From positions 20,754 to 84,753 of the forward strand of contig DXMB01000001.1 of NCBI GenBank assembly GCA_019414425.1: a stretch of DNA of 64,000 nucleotides, written 5' to 3'. Both the position numbers and the translations under genes were made by a program. This document shows positions 20,698 through 29,896 of this stretch, in pieces. Numbering within the stretch: position 1 is the first letter of the stretch; the number at the start of each line of letters is the position of its first letter. The notes beneath the pieces are model-generated. The model was not told where the DNA came from. It did not search any database and worked only from the letters and a program-made list of their open reading frames with translations. Origin of the DNA: Collinsella sp. Lineage in GTDB: Bacteria > Actinomycetota > Coriobacteriia > Coriobacteriales > Coriobacteriaceae.

Positions 20698-21930
20698 GTG
20701 GCCGTTACCGCGCTGTATGTGCACGTGCCGTTTTGCGCTCAGAAATGTCGCTATTGCGACTTTGACTCGCGCAGCGTGGCGCCGTGTGACCTGGAAGCTG
20801 CGCTCGATGCCTATTTTGAGCAACTGTATGCGCGGCTCGATGCTTTTGGCAACGCTGGGGCCCTTGACCAGATCCGCACCGTCTATGTTGGCGGCGGCAC
20901 GCCGTCGCTGGCGGGGGAGCGCCTGGTGGAGCTGGCGCGGCGTATTCGTACGTGGTGCGCTCCTGTTGAGTTTACCTGCGAGGCCAATCCCGAGTCGCTG
21001 ACCGCCGAGCTTGCCATTGCGCTTGCCAAGGCTGGTGTCACACGCGTTTCTCTGGGCGTGCAAACCCTCGACAATAACGAGTTGACTGTCATCGGCCGCA
21101 TCCATAATGCCGAACGGGCGCTTGAGGCTATCGCGACGGTGAAGGATGTTGGGCTCGATGTGTCGTGCGACCTTATGTGTGGGCTTCCCGGACAGACTAT
21201 GGCGAGCTGGCAGTATTCGCTTAATGGCGTGCTTGCGGCGGCCCCGCACCATGTGTCGGTCTATCCGCTCACGCTCGAGGAGGGCACGCCGCTTTACCGC
21301 ATGGCGTGCCGTGATGAGTCGCTTGAGCCCGATGAGGATTTCCAGGCCGCATGCATGGACGTGGCGCGTGATTGTCTGACTGCGGCCGGCTATCACCCGT
21401 ATGAGGTGGCGAGCTACGCGCTCGACGGCCATGAGTGTGCCCACAACATTGCCTATTGGACCGGACAGGGCTATCTGGGCCTGGGCCGTTCTGCCGCGGG
21501 CATGCTCGACGCCGAGGATTTCGACTGTCTTGCAGGCTTGTTCCTCGGCGTGTCTTCTCGAGGCGATGCGCACCGCGTGCGTCTGGTGCAACGCGACGAT
21601 GCCGCGACGGCGTTTGAGGCCGAGTACCTGACGCATCGCGAGGCGGCAGCCGAGGATCTGATGCTCGCTTGTCGCATGACGCGCGGTCTCGCGTCCGACC
21701 TGTTGGTTCGCGCGGCTCGTGTCATCCCTGCCGATGAACTGACAGCGGCTTGTGACCGCGCTCTTGAACTTGGGCTTGCCACTTGGGTGTCCGAGCACGG
21801 TGATACCCATGCGGGGCCTATCGCCTCTGTCGATGTCATCGCTGGCCGCACCTGTGCCCGCCTGGCGCCGACCCACCTAGGTTGGCTCGATGGAAATGTG
21901 CTGTTCGAGCTGTTTTGGGGTCTAGCTTAG
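20698..21930 (+). CDS. hemW: radical SAM heme chaperone HemW (HemN-like, oxygen-independent coproporphyrinogen oxidase family)
   Basis: LYVHVPFCAQKCRYCDF (CxxxCxxC) and its lepA-proximal position, as in many Gram-positives. Confidence 0.85.
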   Translation: MAVTALYVHVPFCAQKCRYCDFDSRSVAPCDLEAALDAYFEQLYARLDAFGNAGALDQIRTVYVGGGTPSLAGERLVELARRIRTWCAPVEFTCEANPESLTAELAIALAKAGVTRVSLGVQTLDNNELTVIGRIHNAERALEAIATVKDVGLDVSCDLMCGLPGQTMASWQYSLNGVLAAAPHHVSVYPLTLEEGTPLYRMACRDESLEPDEDFQAACMDVARDCLTAAGYHPYEVASYALDGHECAHNIAYWTGQGYLGLGRSAAGMLDAEDFDCLAGLFLGVSSRGDAHRVRLVQRDDAATAFEAEYLTHREAAAEDLMLACRMTRGLASDLLVRAARVIPADELTAACDRALELGLATWVSEHGDTHAGPIASVDVIAGRTCARLAPTHLGWLDGNVLFELFWGLA

Positions 21931-21988
21931 GCCGCTCGGGTAGAATTACCGAAATATATACGCTGCTGTGAGCAGGAGGTTGCCGCGC

Positions 21989-23092
21989 ATGGCGACGATG
22001 AACGAAAAAGATTACTACGAGATTTTGGGCGTCTCCAAGGACGCCACCTCGCGTGATATCCAAAAGGCTTTCCAACAAAAGGCCCGCAAGCTCCATCCGG
22101 ACGTCAATAAAGAGCCGGATGCCGAGGAGAAGTTTAAAGAGGTTTCCGAGGCCTACGCCGTGCTCTCGGACGAGCAGAAGCGTGCGCGTTACGACGCCAT
22201 GCGGTCGGGCAATCCCTTTGCCGGTGCACCGACGGCTTCGCCCTATGGCGGCGGCTATGCCGGCAGCGCCGGTTACGGTAATCCCTTTGACGGCGGTTTC
22301 CCCTTCGGGGGCGCCTGGGGCCAGCCCCGTCGCGGCCAGGCGGCCTACAACCCCGAGAGTGGCGCCAACGTGGTCGTCGATATCAAGCTCGACGCCAAGG
22401 AGGCCAAGAGCGGTGCCCATAAGACCGTTCGATACACCCGCTTTGACACCTGCGGGCATTGTGGCGGATCGGGCTCCGTTTCGTCTGAGCATGCCCACAC
22501 CTGTCCGAGTTGCGGTGGTCGCGGCCATATCGATGTCGACCTGTCCTTCCTGTTTGGTGCGGGCACGTTCCAGACGGTTTGTCCTGAGTGCGGCGGTTCC
22601 GGCAAGGTCGTTGCCGACCCGTGTCCCGATTGCGGCGGCAGCGGCCGTATCCGCGTGACCTCCGAGCAGACGATTGAGTTTCCCGCCGGCACGCATGATG
22701 GCGACGAGGTACGCATCCCCAACATGGGTCACGCCGGCACGAACGGCGCTTCGGGCGGTGACCTGGTCGGTCGCGCGCACGTTGAGGCCGAGCGCCTGGA
22801 GGGTAAGGCTCGCACCGGCTTCTACCTCATGGGTATCATCGCGCCGTTTTTGGTACTGTCGGCCATCTCGGGCGTGTTCTCCGCCTTTGCCATGATGTGC
22901 TTCATTCCGTTTGCCATGGGCTTGTTCATGGTGCTGTCGGACGGCGTGCTTCATCGCAGTCTGCTGTGGTGGAAGCGCGGTGCGATGCAGTTTGCCAATG
23001 GATTTGCCAACGGTTTTATGTTCGCGCTCGTTTCGGTTTGGTTCGCGAGCTGCTCGCAGCGGGCCGTGCTTTCGCCGTACGGAATTCAATAA
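21989..23092 (+). CDS. DnaJ paralogue: J-domain, G-rich linker, CxxCxGxG zinc-finger domain, C-terminal transmembrane segments
   Basis: [34 protein letters not shown] (HPD). Four CxxCxGxG repeats ([32 protein letters not shown]). Hydrophobic stretches follow: [39 protein letters not shown] and [11 protein letters not shown]. Confidence 0.8.
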   Translation: MATMNEKDYYEILGVSKDATSRDIQKAFQQKARKLHPDVNKEPDAEEKFKEVSEAYAVLSDEQKRARYDAMRSGNPFAGAPTASPYGGGYAGSAGYGNPFDGGFPFGGAWGQPRRGQAAYNPESGANVVVDIKLDAKEAKSGAHKTVRYTRFDTCGHCGGSGSVSSEHAHTCPSCGGRGHIDVDLSFLFGAGTFQTVCPECGGSGKVVADPCPDCGGSGRIRVTSEQTIEFPAGTHDGDEVRIPNMGHAGTNGASGGDLVGRAHVEAERLEGKARTGFYLMGIIAPFLVLSAISGVFSAFAMMCFIPFAMGLFMVLSDGVLHRSLLWWKRGAMQFANGFANGFMFALVSVWFASCSQRAVLSPYGIQ

Positions 23093-23173
23093 CATCAAAC
23101 CCTCTGTTTGCGCCCGGCCCAGCTTGGGTATAGGACGCACTGTGACAATAATGAAAGTTGGAAGGATTCGGTC

Positions 23174-24322
23174 GTGTCGGAAAATAGGGATTACTACGAG
23201 GTACTTGGCGTTGACAAGGATGCCGACGCGCGGACGATTAAGCGCGCGTTTCTAAAGAAAGCCCGTACGGTACACCCAGATGTTTCGGACGACCCCGAGG
23301 CCGAGGCCAAGTTCAAAGAGCTCAACGAGGCCTATTCCGTTCTTTCCGACGAGCAGAAGCGTGCTAACTACGACCGTTACGGCACCGCGGACGGCCCCGG
23401 TGGCTCTGGCTATGTCGACATCAACGATATCTTTGGCGGCATGGGCATGGACGACCTGTTCTCGTCGTTCTTTGGCGGTGGCGCCGGTGGTGGCGCTCGC
23501 AGCCGTCGCGAGCGCCGTCGCGGTCGCGATATGGCCATCTCCCTTTCGGTGACGCTCGAGGAGGCAGCGCTCGGCTGCAAAAAGACGTTCAGCTACGACC
23601 GTCTTGCCCCTTGCGATGACTGCAATGGTACCGGCAAGGCCGAGGGCGCGACCGAAAAGCAGTGCAGCCGCTGTCACGGCACAGGCTATGTGACGACGGT
23701 CCAGCGTTCTTTCCTGGGCCAGGTTCAGTCCTCTTCGCCCTGTCCCGACTGCCACGGCGAAGGCACGGTCATGGATCATCCCTGCGAGACCTGTGATGGC
23801 CAGGGCCGCACGCCTTCTCACGAAAAGATTGACATCGATATTCCCGCCGGTGTTTCGACCGGTCGCCAGCTGCGTGTGAGTGGTTTTGGTGAGGCCGGTC
23901 TTCGTGGCGAGCCGTCGGGCGACCTGATCGTCAACGTGCGTGTCGCCGACCACGAGCGTTTTAAGCGTAATGGCGATGACCTATATCTGGTGAGCGATAT
24001 CTCGATTGCGCAGGCCGCGCTCGGTTGCGAGATTGAGGTCGAGGGCATTATGCCTGACGAGGTCGTCAATCTGTGCGTCCCCTCCGGCACACAGTACGGT
24101 GACACCGTGAGCGTCAATAATTACGGCATGCCGCGTATCGGCGGTGGCGGTTCGCGCGGTCGTCTGATCGTGCAGCTGCGCGTGGTCGTTCCCACCAATC
24201 TCTCCAACAAGCAGCGCGAGCTGCTTCGCGCCTTTGCCGACGAGATGGGCGATGACGTTGCTTCCGGCAAGAAGTCGGTAACCGACCGCATCAAGAGTGC
24301 CCTCGACGACATCCTCGATTAA
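23174..24322 (+). CDS. dnaJ: molecular chaperone DnaJ (canonical type I)
   Basis: DYYEVLGVDKDADARTIKRAFLKKARTVHPDV, a G/F region, four CxxCxGxG repeats and a full C-terminal domain. GTG start at 23174 after GGAAGGA. Confidence 0.9.
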   Translation: MSENRDYYEVLGVDKDADARTIKRAFLKKARTVHPDVSDDPEAEAKFKELNEAYSVLSDEQKRANYDRYGTADGPGGSGYVDINDIFGGMGMDDLFSSFFGGGAGGGARSRRERRRGRDMAISLSVTLEEAALGCKKTFSYDRLAPCDDCNGTGKAEGATEKQCSRCHGTGYVTTVQRSFLGQVQSSSPCPDCHGEGTVMDHPCETCDGQGRTPSHEKIDIDIPAGVSTGRQLRVSGFGEAGLRGEPSGDLIVNVRVADHERFKRNGDDLYLVSDISIAQAALGCEIEVEGIMPDEVVNLCVPSGTQYGDTVSVNNYGMPRIGGGGSRGRLIVQLRVVVPTNLSNKQRELLRAFADEMGDDVASGKKSVTDRIKSALDDILD

Positions 24323-24331
24323 GGAGCCCGT

Positions 24332-25624
24332 GTGCTCGCACCTCATATCTCTGTTGTCAACCTCGGTTGTCGTGTCAACCGGGTTGAGTCCGACCGTATC
24401 ACTGCCGATCTTATGCGCTTGGGTTTTGCAATGGTGGAGCCCCGGGACGCCGACCTGATCGTTATCAATACCTGTGCCGTGACGGGGGAGGCCGAGGCCA
24501 AGACCCGCAAGGCCGTTCGTCACGCCCTGGCCTATCCGGGCGAGCCTTACGTGGTCGTAACTGGCTGCGTCGTCAACCTGCATCCCGAGGAGCTTCTGGA
24601 GCTCTCCGATCGCGTGATCGCCGAACCGTCCAAGATTGATGTCGCCGAGCGCGTCTGCGAGGTGCTGGGTGTCGAATCCGATAGCATGCCCGCCTGCAGC
24701 GATGGCGACGTGGTCGATGCGCTCGGTCGTTCGAGGCTGGGCGTGAAGATCCAGGACGGCTGCAACCACCGCTGCACCTATTGCATCGTGTGGAAGGCCC
24801 GCGGCCCCGAGCGTTCCGTGCCTGTCGAGTCCGTGCTCGAACAGGTGCGTGAAGCCCAGGAGGCCGGCGTGCCCGAGGTCGTGCTGACCGGCGTGAACCT
24901 GGGTGCCTATGACGGCAAGAGCGCGACCGACGAGCATGTCGAGATCGATGAGCTGCTCCAGGCCATCATGGAGCGCACCGAGATCGCCCACGTGCGTATC
25001 TCCTCGGTTGAGCCCATGGATATTTCCGAGCGCTTGCTCAAGGTGATGGCTCGATATCCGAAGCGTATCGCGCCGTTTTTGCACCTGCCCGTGCAGTCTG
25101 GCTGCACGGCGACGCTGCATCGCATGGGTCGTCCTTATAGTGCCGATGCCTTTGAGGATACGGTACGCATGATTCGCACCAACTTGCCCCAGGCGTCTCT
25201 TTCGTGCGACGTTATCGTCGGTTTTCCTGGCGAGACGGACGAGGAGTTCGAGGAGTCGCTGGCGCTGTGCCGTCGCGTGGGCTTTTCGCGCATGCACGTG
25301 TTCCGCTATAGCAAGCGTCCCGGCACCCTCGCCGCCGACATGCCCGACCAGGTACCCCCCGAGGTTATGGTCGAGCGCAGCCGTCGCATGCGCGCGGTGG
25401 CTCAGGAGCTCGCGGTTGCCGATGCCCGCCGTCGCGTGGGTACCGTCGAGCGTGCCGTGCTTGAGTACGGTGACAATTTGACGCTCGGATCGTTCCATCA
25501 TGCCCGTCTCGATGATACCTGTGGACTCACAGCCCCGTGCCTGCTCGATGTTGCTATCATCGGAGTCGATGATTCCGGCTTGGTCCATGCACGCAGGGAG
25601 GTTCATGGAAGCCTCGAAGATTAG
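24332..25624 (+). CDS. mtaB: MiaB-like radical SAM methylthiotransferase (MtaB family)
   Basis: N-terminal NLGCRVN...INTCAVT and radical SAM CNHRCTYCIV. Confidence 0.75.
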   Translation: MLAPHISVVNLGCRVNRVESDRITADLMRLGFAMVEPRDADLIVINTCAVTGEAEAKTRKAVRHALAYPGEPYVVVTGCVVNLHPEELLELSDRVIAEPSKIDVAERVCEVLGVESDSMPACSDGDVVDALGRSRLGVKIQDGCNHRCTYCIVWKARGPERSVPVESVLEQVREAQEAGVPEVVLTGVNLGAYDGKSATDEHVEIDELLQAIMERTEIAHVRISSVEPMDISERLLKVMARYPKRIAPFLHLPVQSGCTATLHRMGRPYSADAFEDTVRMIRTNLPQASLSCDVIVGFPGETDEEFEESLALCRRVGFSRMHVFRYSKRPGTLAADMPDQVPPEVMVERSRRMRAVAQELAVADARRRVGTVERAVLEYGDNLTLGSFHHARLDDTCGLTAPCLLDVAIIGVDDSGLVHARREVHGSLED

Positions 25625-26591
25625 ACTTACCGTTCCTGAGGGTATCGACCCCTCGCGCGTTTTGGGCGCCGGCGACGGCGTCCTTCGTGCGCTCGAGAAT
25701 TTGGTGCGCGCCCATGTGGTTGCCCGCGGTGACAGCGTTGCCGTGAGCGGCGATCCGGACGAAGTCGAGCTCGTCGCGCGTTTTTTCGAACATGCCTTTC
25801 GTGAGGCTGCTGCCGGGCGCACGCTTTCTGCCGATGATGTCTCGCGCTGTCTTGCCGTTCTGCGCGACGGCGAGCATGATGCCTCGTCGTTGCGCGATGA
25901 CGTGCTGCTATCGTACCGCGGTCGCGTTATCCGCCCCAAGACGCTCGGTCAAAAGCGCTATGTGGATGCCATCCGCTCTTCTACCATCACGTTTGGCCTC
26001 GGTCCCGCCGGTACCGGTAAAACCTATCTGGCCATGGCTCTCGCCGTCGCCGCGCTCAAGCGCCATGAGGTAGGTCGCCTGATCCTGACGCGCCCGGTTG
26101 TCGAGGCGGGGGAGAACCTGGGCTTTTTGCCCGGTACCCTCGAGGAAAAGATCGACCCGTATATGCGCCCGCTCTACGACGCTCTCTTTGACATGATGGA
26201 TCGTGAACGCACCGATGAGCTTATGGAGCGCGGCGTGATCGAGATCGCCCCGCTCGCCTACATGCGCGGTCGAACGCTGAGTGATGCCTTTGTGGTGCTC
26301 GATGAGGCGCAAAACACGACGCCCGAGCAGATGAAGATGTTCCTGACGCGTCTAGGTTTTAATTCCAAGTTTGTGATTACCGGCGACCTGAGCCAGCGTG
26401 ACCTGGTGGGTCGTCGCGGCGGTCTTGCCGATGCCGAAAGGATTCTGGGTCGCGTCGACGATGTGGCGTTTTCTCACCTGGAGCGCGCCGATGTGGTGCG
26501 CCATGCGCTGGTGGGCCGTATTGTTGAGGCCTATGATGCATACGACGATGCGCGTGAGCAGCGCGCACACGATCGAAAGGAGTCCCGTTGA
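25605..26591 (+). CDS. phoH: PhoH-like ATPase
   Basis: Walker A GPAGTGKTYLAM, and DEAQN. ATG 25605 follows AGGGAGG and overlaps the mtaB end by 20 nt. Confidence 0.85.
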   Translation: MEASKIRLTVPEGIDPSRVLGAGDGVLRALENLVRAHVVARGDSVAVSGDPDEVELVARFFEHAFREAAAGRTLSADDVSRCLAVLRDGEHDASSLRDDVLLSYRGRVIRPKTLGQKRYVDAIRSSTITFGLGPAGTGKTYLAMALAVAALKRHEVGRLILTRPVVEAGENLGFLPGTLEEKIDPYMRPLYDALFDMMDRERTDELMERGVIEIAPLAYMRGRTLSDAFVVLDEAQNTTPEQMKMFLTRLGFNSKFVITGDLSQRDLVGRRGGLADAERILGRVDDVAFSHLERADVVRHALVGRIVEAYDAYDDAREQRAHDRKESR

Positions 26592-27097
26592 GTGTATTGA
26601 TCAGCAACGATGCCGAGCTCGATACGCTGCTCGATGCCCAGGAGGTGGAGCACATCTGCTCAGTTGCGCTTGCCGCCGAGGGTGTTGAGCGTGAGGTCGA
26701 GATTTCCCTTTCGTATGTCGATGAGGACGAGATGCACGAGCTCAACCACGAGTGGCGCGGCATCGATCGCACGACCGACGTGCTCTCGTTTGAATGCGAC
26801 TCGGCCTTTGACGAGGACATTCCCGCCGACGAGACGCTCGAGCTCGGCGATATTATCCTGGCCCCGCAGGTTATTGCCCGCCAGGCCCCCGGCTTTGGCA
26901 ACAGCCCCGCCGATGAGTGCCGACTGATGCTCGTGCACGGAATGCTGCACCTGCTGGGTTACGACCACATCGAGGACGATGAGGCCGAGGTCATGGAGGC
27001 ACGCGAGGATGCCATCCTGCGCGACCTGGCGCTTGAGCGCGGCAAGGACCCCAAACTCGTCCACGTCGGCCCCATAACCAATCATGCCCACGACTAG
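26588..27097 (+). CDS. ybeY: rRNA maturation endoribonuclease YbeY
   Basis: HGMLHLLGYDH metal-binding motif. phoH-ybeY-dgkA-era order. Confidence 0.9.
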   Translation: MSVLISNDAELDTLLDAQEVEHICSVALAAEGVEREVEISLSYVDEDEMHELNHEWRGIDRTTDVLSFECDSAFDEDIPADETLELGDIILAPQVIARQAPGFGNSPADECRLMLVHGMLHLLGYDHIEDDEAEVMEAREDAILRDLALERGKDPKLVHVGPITNHAHD

Positions 27098-27106
27098 GAG
27101 CCGTCT

Positions 27107-27484
27107 ATGATTCCCGGATCGAACAAGGACCATCCGTCCTTTTTAAAGTCGTTCTCATACGCGATGGAGGGCTTCGTCACTGCCGTCAAGACCGAGCGCA
27201 ATATCAAGGTCATGCTCGTGGCGGGCGTGTGCACCGTCATTGCCGGCTGCATCGTGGGGCTCGATATTGCCGAGTGGGCTACGGTCATCATCTGCTGCGG
27301 CCTGGTGATTCACGGCGAGTTGTGCAATACCGCCATGGAGGCGATTGTGGACCTGGCGACCCAGGAGCTACATCCGCTGGCCAAGCGCGCGAAGGATATC
27401 GCCGCTGCCTCTGTATACGTTCTTTCCATTACCGCCGCGATCGTGGGCTTGCTTGTCTTTGCCCACGCACTCGACTTTATTTAG
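27107..27484 (+). CDS. dgkA: diacylglycerol / undecaprenol kinase (DgkA family)
   Basis: 125-aa membrane protein, FSYAMEGF...ERNIKV...NTAMEAIVD. Confidence 0.8.
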   Translation: MIPGSNKDHPSFLKSFSYAMEGFVTAVKTERNIKVMLVAGVCTVIAGCIVGLDIAEWATVIICCGLVIHGELCNTAMEAIVDLATQELHPLAKRAKDIAAASVYVLSITAAIVGLLVFAHALDFI

Positions 27485-27496
27485 AAAGGGATTCCC

Positions 27497-28567
27497 ATGT
27501 CCGACAATATGCAGCCTACCGATGGAGTTTTGGATGACGAGGTCCTGGACGAGGCTGAAGGTGCCGATTCGTTTGACGAGGTCGAGGAGTTCGATCCGTT
27601 TGAGGGTATGAGCGACGAGGAACTCGATGCCCTGTGCGATGAGGATGAGAGCCTCGCGGGCTTTGGCGACGTGGAACCCGGTTTCCGCAGCGGCTTTGTG
27701 GCCCTGGTCGGTCGCCCCAACGCCGGCAAGTCCACGCTGCTCAATGCCTGTTACGGCAAGAAGGTCGCCATCACCTCTCCGGTGGCCCAGACGACCCGCC
27801 GCCGTATGCGCGCCGTGGTCAACCGCCCCGGTTACCAGCTGGTCTTCGTTGACACTCCGGGTATCCACAAGCCCAAGGACGGCCTGGGATCCGAGCTCAA
27901 CAAGAGCGCCCTGTTTGAGCTCAATGACGTAGACGTCGTCGCGTTTCTGATCGACGCCACCAAACCCATCGGCAGGGGAGACGCCTGGGTTGCCGAGCGT
28001 GTCAAGAGCGCCCGTTCCAAAAAGGTCCTGGTGCTCACGAAGGCCGACGAGGCTGATCCCGCCCAGGTTATGGAACAGCTCAAGGCCGCTCACGACCTCA
28101 TGGAATATGACGACGAGATCGTGACGTCGTCGGTCAAGAACTTCAACGTCGATGCGTTTATCGAGACCGTCGCTCACTTTTTGCCCGAGGGCCCGCGCTG
28201 GTTCCCCGAGGACATGGGCACCGACGCGTCCGACGAGACCCTCGTGGCCGAGTTTGTACGCGAGAAGGTTCTGCGTCGCACCCGCGACGAGATCCCTCAC
28301 TCCGTGGGCGTCATCTGTGACGCGCTCGAGCAGACTAAGAAGGTTCTGCGCGTGCACGCCACGATTTACGTCGAGCGCGAGGGGCAGAAGGGCATCATCA
28401 TCGGCAAGGGGGGCGAGATGATTAAGCATATCGGCATCGATGCCCGTCGCGACCTTGAGCGTATCTTTGGCACGCAGGTCTTTTTGGAGCTCGACGTGAA
28501 GGTCAAGGCCGGCTGGCGCGATGACGAGGCACAGATCCGCCGCTTTGGCTACAATGCCGAAGATTAA
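27497..28567 (+). CDS. era: GTPase Era (with about 50-aa acidic N-terminal extension)
   Basis: GRPNAGKSTLLN, DTPGIHKP, TKAD and a C-terminal KH domain. Confidence 0.9.
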   Translation: MSDNMQPTDGVLDDEVLDEAEGADSFDEVEEFDPFEGMSDEELDALCDEDESLAGFGDVEPGFRSGFVALVGRPNAGKSTLLNACYGKKVAITSPVAQTTRRRMRAVVNRPGYQLVFVDTPGIHKPKDGLGSELNKSALFELNDVDVVAFLIDATKPIGRGDAWVAERVKSARSKKVLVLTKADEADPAQVMEQLKAAHDLMEYDDEIVTSSVKNFNVDAFIETVAHFLPEGPRWFPEDMGTDASDETLVAEFVREKVLRRTRDEIPHSVGVICDALEQTKKVLRVHATIYVEREGQKGIIIGKGGEMIKHIGIDARRDLERIFGTQVFLELDVKVKAGWRDDEAQIRRFGYNAED

Positions 28568-28579
28568 CCCTCGGCGTTC

Positions 28580-29329
28580 ATGGCAGGCTCTCGCACATAT
28601 CGCACAAAGGTGCTCGTCCTCGACAAGACGAAGCTCAAGGAAACCGACCTGATCTTGACCATGCTCGACGAACGGGGACGGCAGGTGCGTGCCGTGGCTA
28701 AGGGCGCGCGTAAGCCCGGCGGTCGCCTCGCGGCCCGCTGCGAGCTTTTCTGTACCGTCGATATGCTGCTCGCGCGTGGTCGCTCGCTCGACGTGGTTTC
28801 TCAGGCGGAGCTTATGGAGGCGCCACTCGGTGCCGCTCCTGACTACGAGACGATCTGTGCCGCCAGCGCGATTGCCGAGGTTGCGCGCGTGTGCTCGTTC
28901 GAGGATGCCGAGGATCCATTTACCTTTGCCATCACGCAGCGGGCGCTCACGCTTGTCGGCTGCGGGCTCGACTCGGCACATATGGACCTGCTCGTGGCGG
29001 CCTTTGTCTTTAAACTGCTGTCGCACGTTGGTTACCGCCCCGATTTCTCGGCATGCGTCTCGTGCGGCGATCCCATGCTCTCGCATTTCTCGGCCCAGGC
29101 CGGCGGACTTCTGTGCGGGTCGTGCGCCTCGAGCGTGCCTGGGGCCGAGTTGGTATCGGTCGGCGAGGTCGCATGGCTGCGCGCTCTGATGTCCATGACC
29201 TTCGATGCCCTTATGGACGAGCAGATCGATCCGCATACGGCTGCGTTTTTGCTGGGGCTTTCGCATGTTTGGGCCGCCACGCACACCGATCAGCGGCTCC
29301 GTGCGATGGAATTCATGTTGGGTCGGTGA
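28580..29329 (+). CDS. recO: DNA repair protein RecO
   Basis: 249 aa, follows era, with a CxxC...CxxC zinc motif (CVSCG...CGSC). Confidence 0.8.
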   Translation: MAGSRTYRTKVLVLDKTKLKETDLILTMLDERGRQVRAVAKGARKPGGRLAARCELFCTVDMLLARGRSLDVVSQAELMEAPLGAAPDYETICAASAIAEVARVCSFEDAEDPFTFAITQRALTLVGCGLDSAHMDLLVAAFVFKLLSHVGYRPDFSACVSCGDPMLSHFSAQAGGLLCGSCASSVPGAELVSVGEVAWLRALMSMTFDALMDEQIDPHTAAFLLGLSHVWAATHTDQRLRAMEFMLGR

Positions 29330-29467
29330 TGATGCGCAGGCGCGCGCCGCTTGTGGTAACATACCCACCTGTTGGTACCTCGACCTTGGATGTTCGCTCC
29401 ACCGGCGGCTTCCCAGTCCGAGGCGAATGGAGTCGCCCACAGGCGACGCGAAACGAAAGGTGAAACA

Positions 29468-29746
29468 ATGACTGTTTCCAAAGAGCGCAAGGCGGAGCTG
29501 ACCGCCCAGTTCGGTAACTCCCCGGTCGATACCGGTAACCCCAAGGTTCAGGTCGCCATCCTGTCCGAGCGCATCAAGGAGCTGACCGAGCACATGAAGT
29601 CCCACCAGAAGGACTTCCACACCCGTCGTGGCCTGCTTATGCTCGTTGGCCGCCGTCGTCGTCTTCTCTCCTACATCAAGAAGAACGACATCGTCGAGTA
29701 CCGTGAGCTCATCAAGGCTCTGGGCATCCGCGACAACATCCAGTAA
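29468..29746 (+). CDS. rpsO: 30S ribosomal protein S15
   Basis: MTVSKERKAELTAQFG...TGNPKVQVAILSERIKELTEHMKSHQKDFHTRRGLLMLVGRRRRLL. The ATG at 29468 follows GAAAGGTGA. Confidence 0.9.
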   Translation: MTVSKERKAELTAQFGNSPVDTGNPKVQVAILSERIKELTEHMKSHQKDFHTRRGLLMLVGRRRRLLSYIKKNDIVEYRELIKALGIRDNIQ

Positions 29747-29761
29747 GGATTTGTACATGCT

Positions 29762-29794
29762 AAGAGCGTCCTGCGCAGCGGGGCGCTCTTTTTG
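29762..29794 (+). terminator. rho-independent terminator / attenuator between rpsO and pnp
   Basis: AAGAGCG...CGCTCTT stem followed by TTTTG. Confidence 0.7.
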
Positions 29795-29896
29795 TGTAAG
29801 GGCGTGAACAATCACGCTCTGAAGCGTGGCGGGGGCAGGGGGCCCGCGTCACATGAGAAGCCCGCAGGCAAGGGGCCTGTGGGGTAAAGGAGAACA

